From assembly GCA_035645095.1 (NCBI GenBank), contig DASQNG010000017.1, positions 1-46,510 of the forward strand: DNA of 46,510 bases, read 5' to 3'. Origin of the DNA: Gaiellaceae bacterium. GTDB lineage: Bacteria; Actinomycetota; Thermoleophilia; Gaiellales; Gaiellaceae. A model generated the notes under the pieces. The model saw only the letters and a program-made list of their open reading frames with translations, was not told the DNA's origin and did no database searches. A program made the translations under genes and the position numbers. Numbering within the stretch: position 1 is the stretch's first letter; every line of letters begins with the position of its first letter. Positions 44,422-46,510 of the stretch are shown here, in pieces.

Positions 44422-46510
44422 TCAGCTTGAGGCTTTTACGGGAGTTCGCGCCGGGACCCCGTCTCCCTGCATCACCTCCTCGACGAGCTCGCGGATCTCC
44501 GCCTCGAGCTCCTGGGTCGCCTCGGCCGTCCCGCCCTCGGCGTAGAGGTGCAGCAGCGGCTCGTCGGGGTCGGGCAGCACCTGCGTCCAGCCGCGGTCGC
44601 CGAGGATCTTGATCCCGTCGAGCAGGTCGAGGTCGCGGCCGGCGAGACGCTCGTTCAGGACGCGCATGACGAGACCCTTCTTTCCCCACGGGCACGCGAG
44701 CTGCCGGTGGACGAGCGTCGGGGAGGGCAGCTCGGCGACGAGCTCCGAGAGCGGGCGCTGCTGCGGTGCGAGCAGCTCGAGCAGCTTCGCGAGGCTCGCG
44801 ACCGCGTCGTAGGCCGGCAGGAACTGCGGGAAGACGTACCCGCCGCCGACGGAGCCGGCGAAGATGACGCCGTCCCCCGCCGCCACGCGCGTCAGCTCCG
44901 AGAGCGAATGCGGCGTCCTGACCACCTCGAGCCGGTCGTCGGCGAGGACGTCGACCTGGCTCGTGACGGTCACGGGGAACGCGACCTTCCCGCGGACGCC
45001 GCTCTCGCCGATCAGCCGCAGGAAGAGGAGGAGCGTCTGCTCGACCGGCACCTCCCGGCCCTGGTCGTCGACGAGGTACAGGCGCTCCGCCGACGCGTCG
45101 AAGACGGCCCCGAGGTCGGCGCCGACGGCGGTGACGAGCTTCTTTGTCTGACCGATCGCCTGCGCGAGCGAACCCCGTTCGCCGCCCTCGGTGAAGAAGC
45201 CGTGCGCGGAGAGCGCCTCCACCCCGAGCGGCCCGACGATGAGCGGTAGCACGAACGACGCCGCCGACCAGCCGTAGTCGACGACGATGCGGAACCGGCG
45301 CGCGCGGACCGCGTCGACCTGAAGCGACTGGACGAGGTCGTGCGCGTAGCTCTCCCGCACGCGCGCCGGGTACGTGACGGAGCCGACGCCGTCGGCGGCG
45401 ACGCGCCGGAACTCCTGCCGCGTGAAGTTCTTCTCGATCTCCTTCTGGAACGCTTGGGATGCGAGGATCCCCGGCGACTCGTAGAAGCGGATGAAGATCG
45501 CCTCCGGGTCGACCTGGCTGACGCCGACGTGGATGCCGGCGTCGAAGGCCTGCGTCTTCAGCACGTGCCTGCTGACGGCGGGCGGCGAGACGCGCAGGTC
45601 GGCGACGTCGACGCCGGTCGCGCTCAGGCCGGCCATGACCGCGCGCTTGATCATGCGGCACGCGGGCGCGGCGTCGCGGCTGGCGACGACGCGGGCGCCG
45701 CGCTTGAGAACCGTCCCGAGCGCCACCGCCAGCCGTACTGCCGTCTCCGGCGGCACGTCGACGTTCACGAGCCCGCTGACGCCGTCGTCGCCGAAGAGGC
45801 GGGCGGACGCGCGCGACTCCCAGATCAGGTTCTCGTGCACCTGCGAGCCCGTCTCCACCTCCTTGTAGGGGTAGATCCGGACGTGCGGCATGATCGACGA
45901 CTCCGAGCCGATCGTGACCTCGTCCCCGACGGCCGCCCCCTCGTGAATCCTGACGTGGTCGCGGATGTCGCACGAGCGGCCGACGATCGCCCCCTCGATC
46001 AGGGAGCTGCGCCCGACGTGCGTCCCCGCGTCGACGACGCAGCGTGCCGTGCGCGCGCGCTCGCGCAGCGTGACGCCGTTCGAGAGGACGGTGTAGGGCC
46101 CTACCGAGGTGCCGCGCGCGATCCGGGAGTAGTTGCCGATGAACGACGGCCCCTCGATGGCCTCGACGTCGTCCACGTCCCCCCCCTCTCCGAGCCAGAC
46201 GTTCCCGCGCAGCCGCACGCCCTCGACGTTCAGGCGGACGCGTTCGTCGAGGGCGTCGAAATTCGCCTGCCGGTACTGGTCGAGGTTGCCGATGTCCTGC
46301 CAGTAGCCGTCCAGCACGTGGCCGTAGAGCGGGCGGCCCATCTCGAGCAGGAGCGGGAAGAGCTGCTTCGAGAAGTCGTACGGCCCGTCCGTCGGCATGT
46401 GCCGCAGCACTTCCGGCTCGAGCACGTAGATGCCGGTGTTGATCGTGTCCGAGAAGACCTGGCCCCAGGACGGCTTCTCGAGGAAGCGCTCGATCCGGCC
46501 CTCCTCGTCG
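44422..46510 (-). CDS. Bifunctional sugar-1-phosphate nucleotidyltransferase (GDP-mannose pyrophosphorylase-like, LbH) / phosphomannomutase-like protein, 5'-partial
   Basis: The reading frame stays open to the window edge (…FSDTINTGIYVLEPEV…). It has a left-handed beta-helix segment, then a PGM/PMM-like four-domain region (…GIHVGVS…, …GGGYVFPQF…). The N-terminus lies outside the window. Confidence 0.85.
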   Translation of the reverse strand, partial: DEEGRIERFLEKPSWGQVFSDTINTGIYVLEPEVLRHMPTDGPYDFSKQLFPLLLEMGRPLYGHVLDGYWQDIGNLDQYRQANFDALDERVRLNVEGVRLRGNVWLGEGGDVDDVEAIEGPSFIGNYSRIARGTSVGPYTVLSNGVTLRERARTARCVVDAGTHVGRSSLIEGAIVGRSCDIRDHVRIHEGAAVGDEVTIGSESSIMPHVRIYPYKEVETGSQVHENLIWESRASARLFGDDGVSGLVNVDVPPETAVRLAVALGTVLKRGARVVASRDAAPACRMIKRAVMAGLSATGVDVADLRVSPPAVSRHVLKTQAFDAGIHVGVSQVDPEAIFIRFYESPGILASQAFQKEIEKNFTRQEFRRVAADGVGSVTYPARVRESYAHDLVQSLQVDAVRARRFRIVVDYGWSAASFVLPLIVGPLGVEALSAHGFFTEGGERGSLAQAIGQTKKLVTAVGADLGAVFDASAERLYLVDDQGREVPVEQTLLLFLRLIGESGVRGKVAFPVTVTSQVDVLADDRLEVVRTPHSLSELTRVAAGDGVIFAGSVGGGYVFPQFLPAYDAVASLAKLLELLAPQQRPLSELVAELPSPTLVHRQLACPWGKKGLVMRVLNERLAGRDLDLLDGIKILGDRGWTQVLPDPDEPLLHLYAEGGTAEATQELEAEIRELVEEVMQGDGVPARTPVKASS

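Overview
This is a very GC-rich bacterial chromosomal segment (by eye about 70% or more, with third codon positions almost saturated in G/C). It is extremely compact: about 47 protein genes, tiny spacers and many 1-4 nt start/stop overlaps.

All product calls come from motif and family recognition of the supplied translations. No searches were run. The many long Arg/Ala/Pro-rich ORFs on other frames are high-GC artefacts.

The backbone is housekeeping and syntenic with the recA neighbourhood of Gram-positive and actinobacterial genomes:
- dapA-rnj ... ftsK ... rodZ-like-cinA-thpR-recA-recX-rny-miaB-(SDR)-miaA-dapF
- dapE-dapC-dapD on the opposite strand, then hflX-dut-NUDIX
- further on, murT-gatD, two sigma-70 genes (one rpoD-like), uppP, apt and a partial GDP-mannose pyrophosphorylase/PMM fusion

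Inserted into this backbone is a nucleoside-salvage module: ribokinase plus nucleoside hydrolase, and a BMP-type nucleoside ABC importer with two tandem binding-protein paralogues.

The combination of RNase Y with RNase J, MurT/GatD, the extreme GC and the many leaderless-type starts suggests a deep-branching actinobacterium (Thermoleophilia/Rubrobacteria-like). That is inference only.

I found no rRNA, tRNA, CRISPR array, transposase/integrase or obvious mobile element.

Most interesting observations:
1. An 85-codon coiled-coil ORF (44093-44350, minus) carries an exact single copy of the RsiG-type c-di-GMP-binding motif E-x3-S-x2-R-x3-Q-x3-D. It is translationally coupled to a zinc-ribbon/FHA (GarA-like) gene and a MerR (FtsR-like) gene.
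2. A stand-alone protein (34618-35298) is built from three ~60-aa repeats that look like homing-endonuclease-associated repeats. It lies next to an orphan class-II glutamine amidotransferase domain.
3. An uncharacterised Cys/His-rich, internally duplicated protein (41720-42319).
4. An SDR epimerase wedged between miaB and miaA with overlaps on both sides.
5. An inorganic pyrophosphatase whose conserved N-terminal strand lies upstream of any canonical start codon.
6. A pervasive TAnnnT-6/8 nt-start-codon (leaderless) architecture. It includes a 27-bp divergent dapE/hflX region and an identical 15-mer -10 element used in both orientations at uppP and a small membrane ORF.
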